Source: Akkermansia muciniphila
Lineage (GTDB): Bacteria > Verrucomicrobiota > Verrucomicrobiia > Limisphaerales > UBA1100
NCBI GenBank assembly: GCA_945903605.1
Contig: CAMDOH010000001.1
Span: forward strand, 46,301-110,300
DNA length: 64,000 nt
Direction: 5' to 3'
A program made the translations under genes and the position numbers. Shown piece after piece: positions 38,387-47,344 of this stretch; within the stretch, counting starts at the first letter, position 1; every line of letters begins with the position of its first letter. A model generated the notes under the pieces. It had not been told where the DNA came from, did not search any database, and was given only the letters and a program-made list of their open reading frames with translations.

Positions 38387-40165
38387 TTAGTGGCTTTGCT
38401 GGTGTTCCTGGATGTATTCCTGTTTGAGGCCGAGTTTCTCGGGGGCATGCAGGACGAGCATCTTCATTCGGATGTCGGCGGGAATATCTTTGGCGGTGAG
38501 CTTGCTGATGATGATCATGAGCAGCATGGCCAGCGGCAGTCCCCAAATGGCGGGCTGTTCGGCGAGGATGCGCAGGAGGGGATGCGTGGCGTAAAAAGTT
38601 TTCAGGTCGCCGGCCCATTTTGCCTGGTCGGCAAACATGGTGCTGGCGATGGCGAGTAAACTCAGTGTGCCGCCCACGAGCATGCCGGTGGCTGCGCCTT
38701 TCATCGTGATGCCGCGCCACCAAGTGGCGAGGAAGAGGAGGGGAAAATAACTGGTGGCGGCGATGGCAAAGGCCCAGCCGACCATTTTGTTGATTTCAAA
38801 TGCTTCCACGAGAAATCCCAGCACGATGGCACCCGCGCCGCAAATGACGGCGCAAAGTTTGAACATGCGCATGCGCTCGTCGGGAGTGGAGCTGGGGCGC
38901 AGGATGCGGCCGTACACGTCGTGGGCGAGCGCGCCTGTCATGGAAACGAGCAGGCCGGAGAACGTGCTCATGAATGCGGCGAAGGCTCCCGCGCAGGTGA
39001 TGCCGCTCAAGACGGAACCGAGCAGGCCGTAGCGTTCCGAGAGAAGGGTGGGCAGGCGCAGCACGACGCCGTCGGTGCCTTTCACGCCGGCGAGGCCGTT
39101 GTAAAGGTCGGGCATGAGATTGCGGCCGAGCACGCCGAACACCGGCGGGAAGACGTAAAAAACGCCGATTAAAATCATCACCCACATGGTGGTGCGCTTG
39201 GCGGCGACGCCGTCGGGGTTGGTGTAAAATCTGACGAGGATGTGCGGCAGGCCGGCCGTGCCGCAGACCAGTGCGATGATGAGCGAGTAGGTGTAGAGAA
39301 GCGAGTAGGGGCGGCGCTGGGATTGGAGTTCCGATTTGCGGGCGGCGTCCGGGGCGGCCTTGATCGCCGTATCCACGGCCTTGGTGGTGAGTGGGCCGAA
39401 GGGATTCAGCCAGATGGAATCGGCGGGGGATTTTTCGGGCAACGGTTTGCGGTTGAGTTTGTCTGCCATCTCCAGGCTGCTAGTAGTGTCGCCCGAAGAA
39501 ATGATGCTCGAGGATTCCTTCACGAGGTTGGCTTGCAGATGATTTCCATAATGGCCGTACACCGAGAGGAGCACGAAGACGGGCAGGGAGATGGCGAACA
39601 TCTTCATCCAGTACTGGCAGGCTTGCACGAGCGTGATGCCTTTCATACCGCCGAGCGCGACGTTGAGCGTGATGACAACCCCCACCAGCACCACGCCCAC
39701 CCAATATGGCAGGCCGGGGAAAATATAGGCGAGTGTCGTACCCGCGCCCTTCATCTGCGGCATGGTGTAAAAGAAGCCGATGAAGAGCACGAAGCAGACG
39801 GCGATTTTGCGGAAGAGCGGCGAGTCGAAACGACCTTCGGCAAAGTCGGGAATTGTGTACGCACCGAACCGTCGCAGAGGGCCGGCGATGAAGAGCAAAA
39901 GGAAAAGATAACCACAGGCATAACAGACCGGATACCACAGCGCGTCGTAGCCGCTGGACATCACCATGCCGGCCACGCCCATGAAAGAAGCGGCCGAGAG
40001 GTATTCGCCAGAAATGGCGCTGGCATTCCAGCCCACGGAGACCGAGCGGCCAGCGACAAAAAAGTCACTGGCAGTCTTGGATTTTTTAGCCGACCAAATC
40101 CCCATTGCAATGGTGACGGCCACCGTGACGGCGCTGAACGCAAAAATCCACGGGTCGATATTCAT
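38387..40165 (-). CDS. sodium:solute symporter family protein (ActP-like cation/acetate symporter)
   Basis: 592 aa with about 13-14 TM helices. FFVAGRSVS...SGEYLSAASFMG is an SSF signature. Paired with an upstream DUF485 gene. Confidence 0.9.
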   Translation of the reverse strand: MNIDPWIFAFSAVTVAVTIAMGIWSAKKSKTASDFFVAGRSVSVGWNASAISGEYLSAASFMGVAGMVMSSGYDALWYPVCYACGYLFLLLFIAGPLRRFGAYTIPDFAEGRFDSPLFRKIAVCFVLFIGFFYTMPQMKGAGTTLAYIFPGLPYWVGVVLVGVVITLNVALGGMKGITLVQACQYWMKMFAISLPVFVLLSVYGHYGNHLQANLVKESSSIISSGDTTSSLEMADKLNRKPLPEKSPADSIWLNPFGPLTTKAVDTAIKAAPDAARKSELQSQRRPYSLLYTYSLIIALVCGTAGLPHILVRFYTNPDGVAAKRTTMWVMILIGVFYVFPPVFGVLGRNLMPDLYNGLAGVKGTDGVVLRLPTLLSERYGLLGSVLSGITCAGAFAAFMSTFSGLLVSMTGALAHDVYGRILRPSSTPDERMRMFKLCAVICGAGAIVLGFLVEAFEINKMVGWAFAIAATSYFPLLFLATWWRGITMKGAATGMLVGGTLSLLAIASTMFADQAKWAGDLKTFYATHPLLRILAEQPAIWGLPLAMLLMIIISKLTAKDIPADIRMKMLVLHAPEKLGLKQEYIQEHQQSH

Positions 40166-40488
40166 GGCCGGCGCTCCCCATCCTTCGCCGGTTGCGGTGC
40201 CTGCACGGAACGGACTTCATCTTCTTCCAGCGCGATGGAGCGTTTGATGAAACTAAATGAAATAATCCAGACGAACGGAAAAAAGAGAACGCCGAGAATG
40301 AGCCAGCTCAGAGTGAATCCGAAAACCCGCTGGGCCATGAAATCGGGCGCGTAGTAATTGGCCAGCGGCATGCCGATGAGCGCGATGAGAAATGCCGCCG
40401 CGCAGGCGATGGAGAGGCGGAGTTGGCGGCGCATCAGCATGCGCAGGAATTCCTCGCTGTGGATGTCCTGCTTCTCGGATGATTGCAT
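40162..40488 (-). CDS. DUF485 (YjcH-like) membrane protein
   Basis: Two-TM small protein with FLRMLMRRQLRLSIACAAAFL. ATGA overlap with the symporter start. ATG at 40488. Confidence 0.8.
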   Translation of the reverse strand: MQSSEKQDIHSEEFLRMLMRRQLRLSIACAAAFLIALIGMPLANYYAPDFMAQRVFGFTLSWLILGVLFFPFVWIISFSFIKRSIALEEDEVRSVQAPQPAKDGERRP

Positions 40489-40593
40489 CGCGCGTGTGTG
40501 TAGCAAAGCTACGCGGCGCATTCAATCGCCACGTTTCAAAATCTTCCGACTTTCAAAGCGGGATTGGCTGCCGTAATTTCGCCCACTTCGGAA

Positions 40594-41940
40594 ATGCCCA
40601 GCGTCTACATCAAGACTTACGGATGCCAAATGAACGAGCGCGATAGCGAGGCCGTCGCTGCGCAGCTCGTGGCCAAAGGGTATTCCATCTCACGGACCGA
40701 GAAGTCGGCTGACGTGATTTTACTCAACACTTGCAGTGTACGAGATCTCGCCGAGCAGAAGGCGATTGCCAAGATGCAGAATATAGCTGCGGAGGTTCGG
40801 CGCGGTCACCGGAAGGTGGTGCTCGGTTTTTTGGGTTGTATGGCGCAGAGTCGTGGTCAGGAGCTTCTCGACAAGTTGCCCAATGTGAGTCTTGTGCTCG
40901 GCACGCAAAAGTTTCATCGGACTGCCGAATACGTGGATGATTTGATTTCTAGCCGACGTACGAAAGTAGTGGATGTTTCTGAGGAAGCGGGGAGTGAGGC
41001 GACGATTCGCGAGCATGTGACCAATGGAAATCCCGTCGTCACTGCATTTGTCAGTATCATGCAAGGATGCAACCAGCATTGCACTTTTTGCATCGTGCCT
41101 TTCACTCGTGGGACTGAGCGGAGTCGGACGATCGAGGATATTGCCGATGAGTGTCGCGAACTGGTCGCCAATGGCACCAAGGAAATCACGCTGCTCGGTC
41201 AGATTGTGACCAGCTTTGGTAAACGCGATTATCCCGTGCTCGATGGCAAGTCGCCCTTTGTTCAGCTGATCGAAGCTGTTCATGCCATCGATGGACTCGA
41301 ACGCATCCGATTCACATCGCCGCATCCGAAAGGTTATGGCGATGATTTGGTCGATGCCTACAGCCGGTTGCCGAAATTGGTTGAGAGCGCACACATTCCC
41401 GTGCAGAGCGGCAGTGACAGCGTGCTGAAGTTGATGCACCGAGGTTACTCGCGCGCACGTTTTCTGGAAGTCATCAACAAACTACGCGCTGTTCGTCCGG
41501 AGATGGGAATCACCACCGATCTCATCGTCGGATTTCCCGGCGAGAGTGAAAATGATTTTGAGCAGACGCTTTCGCTTTGTCGTGAGGTTGAGTTCGACAA
41601 TGCCTTCGTTTTCAAGTACAGCCCACGAAAGGGCACGCCTGCGGCAGCGATGCCAGACCTCGTACCACAGCCAATCATCGAGGAACGACATGCGCGACTG
41701 TTGAAAATGATCGACGAAATAGCGACGCGCAAATGTCAGGCCTTTCTCGGAAAGGAAGTGGATATTTTGGTGGAGGGGCCGAGTCGAAAGAATCGTGCGC
41801 GACTCGAGGGCCGGACGCGTTGTAATCGGATAGTGGTTTTCGATGGCTCGCCAAGACAAGTGGGTCATCAGTTGCGAGTGCGTGTGGAACGGACGGGATT
41901 ATTTACTTTGTACGGCGATGCCGCTTTGAATCTGGATTAA
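40594..41940 (+). CDS. miaB: tRNA-2-methylthio-N6-dimethylallyladenosine synthase
   Basis: YIKTYGCQMNERDSE, radical-SAM motif CNQHCTFCIVP, and a TRAM domain. Confidence 0.95.
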   Translation: MPSVYIKTYGCQMNERDSEAVAAQLVAKGYSISRTEKSADVILLNTCSVRDLAEQKAIAKMQNIAAEVRRGHRKVVLGFLGCMAQSRGQELLDKLPNVSLVLGTQKFHRTAEYVDDLISSRRTKVVDVSEEAGSEATIREHVTNGNPVVTAFVSIMQGCNQHCTFCIVPFTRGTERSRTIEDIADECRELVANGTKEITLLGQIVTSFGKRDYPVLDGKSPFVQLIEAVHAIDGLERIRFTSPHPKGYGDDLVDAYSRLPKLVESAHIPVQSGSDSVLKLMHRGYSRARFLEVINKLRAVRPEMGITTDLIVGFPGESENDFEQTLSLCREVEFDNAFVFKYSPRKGTPAAAMPDLVPQPIIEERHARLLKMIDEIATRKCQAFLGKEVDILVEGPSRKNRARLEGRTRCNRIVVFDGSPRQVGHQLRVRVERTGLFTLYGDAALNLD

Positions 41941-41946
41941 ACAACG

Positions 41947-42504
41947 ATGCAACTTTACACGTTATCAATATTGTTGGGCGTGGCCACAATGGCGAAGGCG
42001 GTTTGGGCGCTTGCCTATCCGGACAAGTTTCGCGCCTCGGCAAAGCGAATCCCGCGTTCCACAACGCTGGGCTACGTGACAGTCGCAATCGGCACGGCTT
42101 GGTTTCTGTACATCTTCGAAAACGAGTCGCTGGCCGATTTCGCAGCCTACAAAACCCTTTTGCGCGGCGGGTTTATCCTGCTGGCAGTGCTCGTTTGTAT
42201 GTTCGTGAAGGACTATCTGGCCGTGCGTGGGATGGCGATCATCCTGCTGTTGCTGGCAAAATCGACCGTGGAAATGGCCCGAATCGTGGAGACGGATTGG
42301 CGGCTGTTGCTGGTGGCAATCGCCTACGTGTGGGTGGTGGTGGGAATGTGGTTCACGGTTTCACCTTGGCGCGCCCGCGATCTGTTGGAATGGGCGACCG
42401 CGAACGATGGACGCATCAAAACGATGGCCATCGCTCGCGTTGGTCTGGCCGCACTTCTACTGGTGCTTGGCCTGACCGTGTTTCGAACTAGCGCTTCTCC
42501 TTGA
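41947..42504 (+). CDS. hypothetical integral membrane protein
   Basis: 185 aa with about 6 hydrophobic segments. No family recognised. Confidence 0.55.
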   Translation: MQLYTLSILLGVATMAKAVWALAYPDKFRASAKRIPRSTTLGYVTVAIGTAWFLYIFENESLADFAAYKTLLRGGFILLAVLVCMFVKDYLAVRGMAIILLLLAKSTVEMARIVETDWRLLLVAIAYVWVVVGMWFTVSPWRARDLLEWATANDGRIKTMAIARVGLAALLLVLGLTVFRTSASP

Positions 42505-43105
42505 GGTGGGCTCGGATTTCTTGGAGAGCTGCTTTCAATTCCTGAACTTCACGGCGAAGTGATTCCGTATCGTTTGATTCACCTTTGGGCTTTTGGGTCG
42601 GCTTTTGATCAGGGTGAGGATTCTTGATCTTGGGTTCAGCGTGCTCGACGTTTTTTCCCTCGGCATGTTTGAATTCTTCGCCGAGCTTTTGAGCAAGCTC
42701 GTTGTGGCCGGCCGCGCGAAGGTGCTCGATGGCGAGCTTGAGGTGATGCATCCGTTCTTTCGGGTCTGACTTCACCTGTTCCTTGTTGCCGCCTTCTTTT
42801 TTGACACCTTCCTTTACGGCACCCTCTTTCTTAACGCCTTCTTTATTGCCACTTTCTTTTTTGACACCTTCTTTGATGCCCTCTTTTTTGTTGGATTCGG
42901 CTGCGTGAATGAGAGCCTTCAATTCTTGTTCAACGCGTTCCGCAGCGTCGATTTTCCCTTGTTCGCGAAGTTCCTTGGCCTGATGATGCAATTTCTTGGC
43001 CTGTTCACGGATTTCGTTTGAAGGTTGTTTGTCCTCAGCAATTGCTGCGAGGCTGATGGCAGCGCTTATGGCTGCGATGGCACAGACGATATAGATGTTT
43101 TTCAT
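42488..43105 (-). CDS. secreted Lys/Glu/His-rich helical repeat protein (hypothetical)
   Basis: Signal peptide MKNIYIVCAIAAISAAISLAAIA. Internal KEGVKKEG repeats with His-rich helices on both sides. Confidence 0.65.
   Translation of the reverse strand: MKNIYIVCAIAAISAAISLAAIAEDKQPSNEIREQAKKLHHQAKELREQGKIDAAERVEQELKALIHAAESNKKEGIKEGVKKESGNKEGVKKEGAVKEGVKKEGGNKEQVKSDPKERMHHLKLAIEHLRAAGHNELAQKLGEEFKHAEGKNVEHAEPKIKNPHPDQKPTQKPKGESNDTESLRREVQELKAALQEIRAHLKEKR
42770..42889 (-). repeat. in-frame tandem coding repeat (KEGVKKEGxx units)
   Basis: aa 73-112: KKEGIKEGVKKESGNKEGVKKEGAVKEGVKKEGGNKEQVK. The matching DNA periodicity (ccttctttttt/gacacc) is visible. Confidence 0.7.
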
Positions 43106-43150
43106 AATGATGTTGGGATACGTGTTGCTTGATCAAACTAGTTTTTAGAA

Positions 43151-44086
43151 GTGCAGATGTCTATGATAAAACGGGCTGTCGTGATTCGAACTGGGGCGAT
43201 AGGTGATTGCATCCTTGTTGCGCCCGTGCTCGCAGCCATCCGCAAGCGGTGGCCGAAATGTTGGATCGACCTCTTCGAGCCGCAAAGAATGGCTACGCTC
43301 ATGTTGAGTTCAGGTTTGGTTGATGGATTTCATGATGTCCAGTCGCGTTCGCTTGCCGGATTTTACATCGAAGATGGGCAGTTGGATTCGCGTTGTGTGG
43401 ATTTATTTTCCAGATCGGAACTCGTATTGGCTTATGCAGACGATGCCGACAAGGTATTTGAATCCCATCTGAAGTTCTGCACGCGTGGCAAGGTGATCGT
43501 CGCGCCACCTCGCCCGAGTGAAGATGGTAATATCCATTGTGTGGACTTGTTGCTGTCGCCTTTGAAGGAATTCGGGATCCCTGATGCGGATCGCGTGCCG
43601 CAATTCAGGTTGTCGAGTTCGGTCGGGTTGCCTTTGACAAAGATGAGAACTCTCGCCGCGCACTTGGGCAGCGGCAGCAAAAAGAAAAACTGGCCATCGG
43701 AGAGTTGGTGCCAGTTGCTCAACTGGTTTCTCGAACATTCAGACTGGAAAATCCTGTTGGTGGGAGGGGAATCAGAAGATGCCGCGCTTCGGGAAATCAG
43801 TGTCCAGTTGCCCACAAACCGAATTGAGATTGCTCAGGAGTTGCCATTGGATGAACTGGCTCGGCAAATGTCGGTTTGTGATGCGTTCATTGGACACGAT
43901 TCAGGCATCACGCATTTGGCCGCCGCGTTGGGGTTGCCGGTGCTCGCGATTTGGGGGGCGACGAATGAATCCATCTGGCAGCCGTTGGGAAAAAGCATTC
44001 GACTTGTTCGTGGTGGGGCAAACTTGGATAAGTTGTCAGTCGAGTCAGTTCAGGCTGAGCTAGTCGAGTGGATGAAAACTATTTGA
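43151..44086 (+). CDS. glycosyltransferase family 9 (heptosyltransferase-like)
   Basis: RTGAIGDCILVAPVLAAIRKRWP and HDSGITHLAAALGLPVLAIWGATN. The start (GTG 43151 or ATG 43157/43163) is uncertain. Confidence 0.8.
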   Translation: MQMSMIKRAVVIRTGAIGDCILVAPVLAAIRKRWPKCWIDLFEPQRMATLMLSSGLVDGFHDVQSRSLAGFYIEDGQLDSRCVDLFSRSELVLAYADDADKVFESHLKFCTRGKVIVAPPRPSEDGNIHCVDLLLSPLKEFGIPDADRVPQFRLSSSVGLPLTKMRTLAAHLGSGSKKKNWPSESWCQLLNWFLEHSDWKILLVGGESEDAALREISVQLPTNRIEIAQELPLDELARQMSVCDAFIGHDSGITHLAAALGLPVLAIWGATNESIWQPLGKSIRLVRGGANLDKLSVESVQAELVEWMKTI

Positions 44087-44119
44087 GCGATCGCTTTTGG
44101 ATAGCTGTGGAGGATGAAA

Positions 44120-44196
44120 TGGTCGGGACGGTGAGATTTGAACTCACGACCTCTTCCACCCCAAGGAAGCGCGCTACCAAGCTACGCTACGTCCCG
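44120..44196 (-). tRNA. tRNA-Pro (anticodon GGG), CCA encoded
   Basis: Hand-folded on the reverse complement. Acceptor CGGGACG/CGTCCCG, anticodon arm CTTCC-TTGGGGT-GGAAG, T arm GTGAG-TTCAAAT-CTCAC, then A plus CCA. Confidence 0.95.
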
Positions 44197-44262
44197 AACA
44201 CTTCGCACGAAGAGCGGGCAGAATAGGCGGCTGCCGCACTCTGGCAACCCTTTTCCCGCAAA

Positions 44263-45408
44263 TTACAAAACCTTCAGAACGACGGCCGTGTAATCATCTT
44301 GCTGCCCTCCATCGCCTGCATGCGATTCAACAGCCTCATGAATTCGCGCAAGGATTTCTCTCGCCGATGCCCGATGGTTAGCAGAGAGGCACTCGATCAA
44401 CCGTTCTCTGCCGAACATTTCCTGATGCGGCGACATCGCCTCCTCAAAGCCGTCACTCACGAGTACCACGATTTCTCCGGAAATCAATTCGACCGGCGAT
44501 GCAGGAGTGTATGAAACATCCGGGCAAAGTCCCAGTGGCATTCCGGTGCGACGAAGTTCGAGTCGCAATGCTCCGTTTCGATCGATGACAAATCCGGGCG
44601 GGTGACCTGCGTTGGCGTAATACAATCGGCGCGCAGCGGGATCCAGTTTCGCCAGCAACAACGTCACGAAGCGTTCGTCTCCCAAATCCTCAGTCAAAAC
44701 CGTGTTCGCGCGTGCGAGAATGTCGCCCACTTCATCGCCGTACCGCGCAAGAATTCGTAGATACGCTCTCGCCTCCGACATCAGCAGGGCCGGGCCGATG
44801 CCATGTCCCGTCACATCGCCCACCACCAACCCCCACGTGCCCGTCGACATCGGGATGAAATCGAAATAATCACCGCCCGTCTCCGCCGCAGGAAATGAAA
44901 CACCCGCGATGTCGTACCCATCAATCAACGGCGGAGCCTTCGGAAACAGCCGCTGCTGGATTTCCCGCGCCACACGAAATTGTTCATCCGCCGCGCGCAG
45001 TCCGGCTTCCGCCGTTCGTCGGGCTTGTCGATCGCGTGCTTCGCGCACTTCGCGTTCCACCACCGGCACCAGCCGTGCCAAGGCCCCTTTCATCAGATAA
45101 TCATGCGCACCTGCCTTCATGATTTGCACGGCCAGGTCCTCGCCAATTCCGCCGGAAATAACGATGAAGGGGATGTCCTTGCCAGTTTCCTGCACCACTC
45201 GCAGTGCCTCCGGTCCTTTCAGCATCGGTAGATTGTAATCAGCGAGAATCAAATCCCAGTGACCATTATTAATTGCAGATCGAAGGTCGCCGCCAGTTTC
45301 CACGCGGATGGAATGAACTTCGAAACCGCCGGCTTGGATGAGCTGAAGCAGGATTTTCGAGTCCAGCTCAGAATCTTCGATCACTAAAACATCGAGCTTC
45401 GGTTTCAT
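44263..45408 (-). CDS. response-regulator receiver fused to PP2C/SpoIIE-type serine phosphatase (RsbU-like)
   Basis: N-terminal VLVIEDSELD...ILADYNLP...K (REC domain). C-terminal GGDYFDF...VVGDVTGHG...LVSDGF...DDYTAVVLKV (PP2C motifs). Confidence 0.9.
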   Translation of the reverse strand: MKPKLDVLVIEDSELDSKILLQLIQAGGFEVHSIRVETGGDLRSAINNGHWDLILADYNLPMLKGPEALRVVQETGKDIPFIVISGGIGEDLAVQIMKAGAHDYLMKGALARLVPVVEREVREARDRQARRTAEAGLRAADEQFRVAREIQQRLFPKAPPLIDGYDIAGVSFPAAETGGDYFDFIPMSTGTWGLVVGDVTGHGIGPALLMSEARAYLRILARYGDEVGDILARANTVLTEDLGDERFVTLLLAKLDPAARRLYYANAGHPPGFVIDRNGALRLELRRTGMPLGLCPDVSYTPASPVELISGEIVVLVSDGFEEAMSPHQEMFGRERLIECLSANHRASAREILARIHEAVESHAGDGGQQDDYTAVVLKVL

Positions 45409-46196
45409 GCCCTTCCCAATAAACTAAAAATCTTCGCATCAATTTCCGGCGCTCGCATCAACGATTCACCCACCAAAATCGCTTTCGCGCCGCAAGCTGA
45501 AAGTCGCTCCACATCGCGCCGATGATGTATCCCGCTTTCGGCCACCAGCATTTGTTGCGACAGATCCATCCTCGCTGCCAATCGTTCGCACACCGCCAGA
45601 TCCACTTTGAACGTCGCCAAGTCCCGATTATTGACTCCGACCAATTTTGCGCCAATTTTCAAGACAACATCGAGTTCCTGTTCGTTATGAACTTCAACGA
45701 GCACGGTCAATCCAGCGCTCGTCGCCAGATCATGCAGTGAGTTCAGTCGGTCACCGTCAAGAATCGCCGCGATGAGCAGGATGGCATCCGCTCCCCATTC
45801 AATCGCCTCGAGAATCTGCCGTTCATCGATGATGAAATCCTTCCGCAATAACGGCAGTCTCACTGCCGCACGGATTCGTTTTAGATAATCGAGCGAGCCT
45901 TGAAAATATTTTTCGTCAGTGAGCACCGACAAACACGTCGCCCCAGCCGCCTCGTATTGCAGGGCGATCTGGACCGGATCAAAATCAGGTCGGATGATGC
46001 CGGCAGACGGCGAAGCTTTTTTTACCTCGGCAATCAAAGCCATTCCGCCATGTGCTTCGCGAAGTGCTTTCAGGAAATCGCGCCGAGGACCGCCAATGGC
46101 AATCGCTGCGCGTAATTTATCGAGACTCGGTTGCGTCTCCGGCAGTCGTGATATTTCCGTGCGTTTGTGCGCGACAATCTCCGCCAGAATGCTCAT
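45405..46196 (-). CDS. trpC: indole-3-glycerol-phosphate synthase
   Basis: [15 protein letters not shown]...[10 protein letters not shown]...LRKDFI...[11 protein letters not shown] at 46196. Its stop overlaps the RR-PP2C start (ATGA). Confidence 0.95.
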   Translation of the reverse strand: MSILAEIVAHKRTEISRLPETQPSLDKLRAAIAIGGPRRDFLKALREAHGGMALIAEVKKASPSAGIIRPDFDPVQIALQYEAAGATCLSVLTDEKYFQGSLDYLKRIRAAVRLPLLRKDFIIDERQILEAIEWGADAILLIAAILDGDRLNSLHDLATSAGLTVLVEVHNEQELDVVLKIGAKLVGVNNRDLATFKVDLAVCERLAARMDLSQQMLVAESGIHHRRDVERLSACGAKAILVGESLMRAPEIDAKIFSLLGRA

Positions 46197-47333
46197 TCGG
46201 GATCCTCGACATTGGCTTGCCGTTTCGATGGACAACCGGCGCGCAGCCAGGCTTCGACGAATGGGTTGAGTCCGCCATCGAGCACCGCTTGCACATCGCT
46301 TGTCTGAACTCCCGTGCGCAAATCTTTCACCATCCTGTAAGGTTGCAATACATAGCTGCGAATCTGGCTGCCCCACGAAATGCTGCCTTTCTCGCCGTAG
46401 AATCGTTCCATCTCCGCCTTTTGTGCGTCGAGTCGGTGCGCGAGTAATTTGGAATAGACCATGCGCAACGCAATGCTTCGGTTTTGATGTTGCGACCGTT
46501 CGTTCTGACTGGCTGCCACAATGCCCGTGGGAATGTGTGTGATCCGCACCGCTGTTTCCACCTTGTTGACGTTCTGTCCGCCCTTGCCACCCGCGCGGTA
46601 AGTGTCCACGCGCAATTCAACTTCCGGAATATCAATCTCCGTGTCTTCCTCGATTTCAGCCACGGCATCCACGCTGGAGAAACTCGTGTGGCGCCGCTTG
46701 TTTGAATCGAACGGAGAGATGCGAACGAGGCGATGCACGCCGCGTTCGGCCTTTGCAAAGCCGTAGGCATTTTCACCGCGGATGAACAGCGTGCAACTCT
46801 TGAATCCCGCCACTTCTCCCGCCAGCACATCGGCCATCTCGCATTCCCAATCGCGCAATTCGCACCAGCGTTGATACATGCGCACCAACATGCTGGCCCA
46901 GTCGCACGATTCCGTTCCGCCTGCGCCCGCATTGATGCTCAAGATGCAATTATTCTTGTCGTACTTGCCGTTGAGAAGAACTCGAAGCTCGATGCTCGTC
47001 AGCTCATTCGTAAATCGGTTCGATTCAGCTTCGATCTCGGCGAACACTTGGGCTTGAGTTGCCTCAGGCTCAGATTCTCCCAGCGCGACCAGTTCCGTGA
47101 GATTTACGATTTGTTTCTCGATGACAAGGAAGGGATCAATCCGTTTGCGAATGATCGAGGATTCATCGACCAATTTCTGTGCCTGCTCACGGTGATTCCA
47201 GAAATTGTCGGCGGCCATCAAACTCTCGATCTCAACAAGCCGCTTTTGCGCGTTGGCGACGTCAAAGAAACCTCCGTAGATTCGAGACTTTGTCCGCCTG
47301 TTGCCCCAGCAAAACTTTGATCGTATCAAACAT
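46193..47333 (-). CDS. prfB: peptide chain release factor 2, with programmed +1 frameshift: complement(join(46193..47263,47265..47333))
   Basis: ORF0 is ATG(47333) [23 protein letters not shown], ending at CTT TGA C with GGAGG 3 nt upstream. The downstream frame carries the SPF and GGQ motifs. Confidence 0.9.
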
Positions 47334-47344
47334 ACGCTCCCAAC

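Noticed and set aside
39242-40354. 370-aa + strand ORF.
   Set aside because: It lies antisense to the SSF symporter and DUF485 genes. It is highly charged, Gly/Arg/His-rich, and has no motifs.
42770-42889. Repetitive DNA considered as a CRISPR-like or minisatellite array.
   Set aside because: The repeats are short, in frame, lie inside a signal-peptide-bearing ORF, and have no unique spacers. This is a coding tandem repeat, not a CRISPR array.
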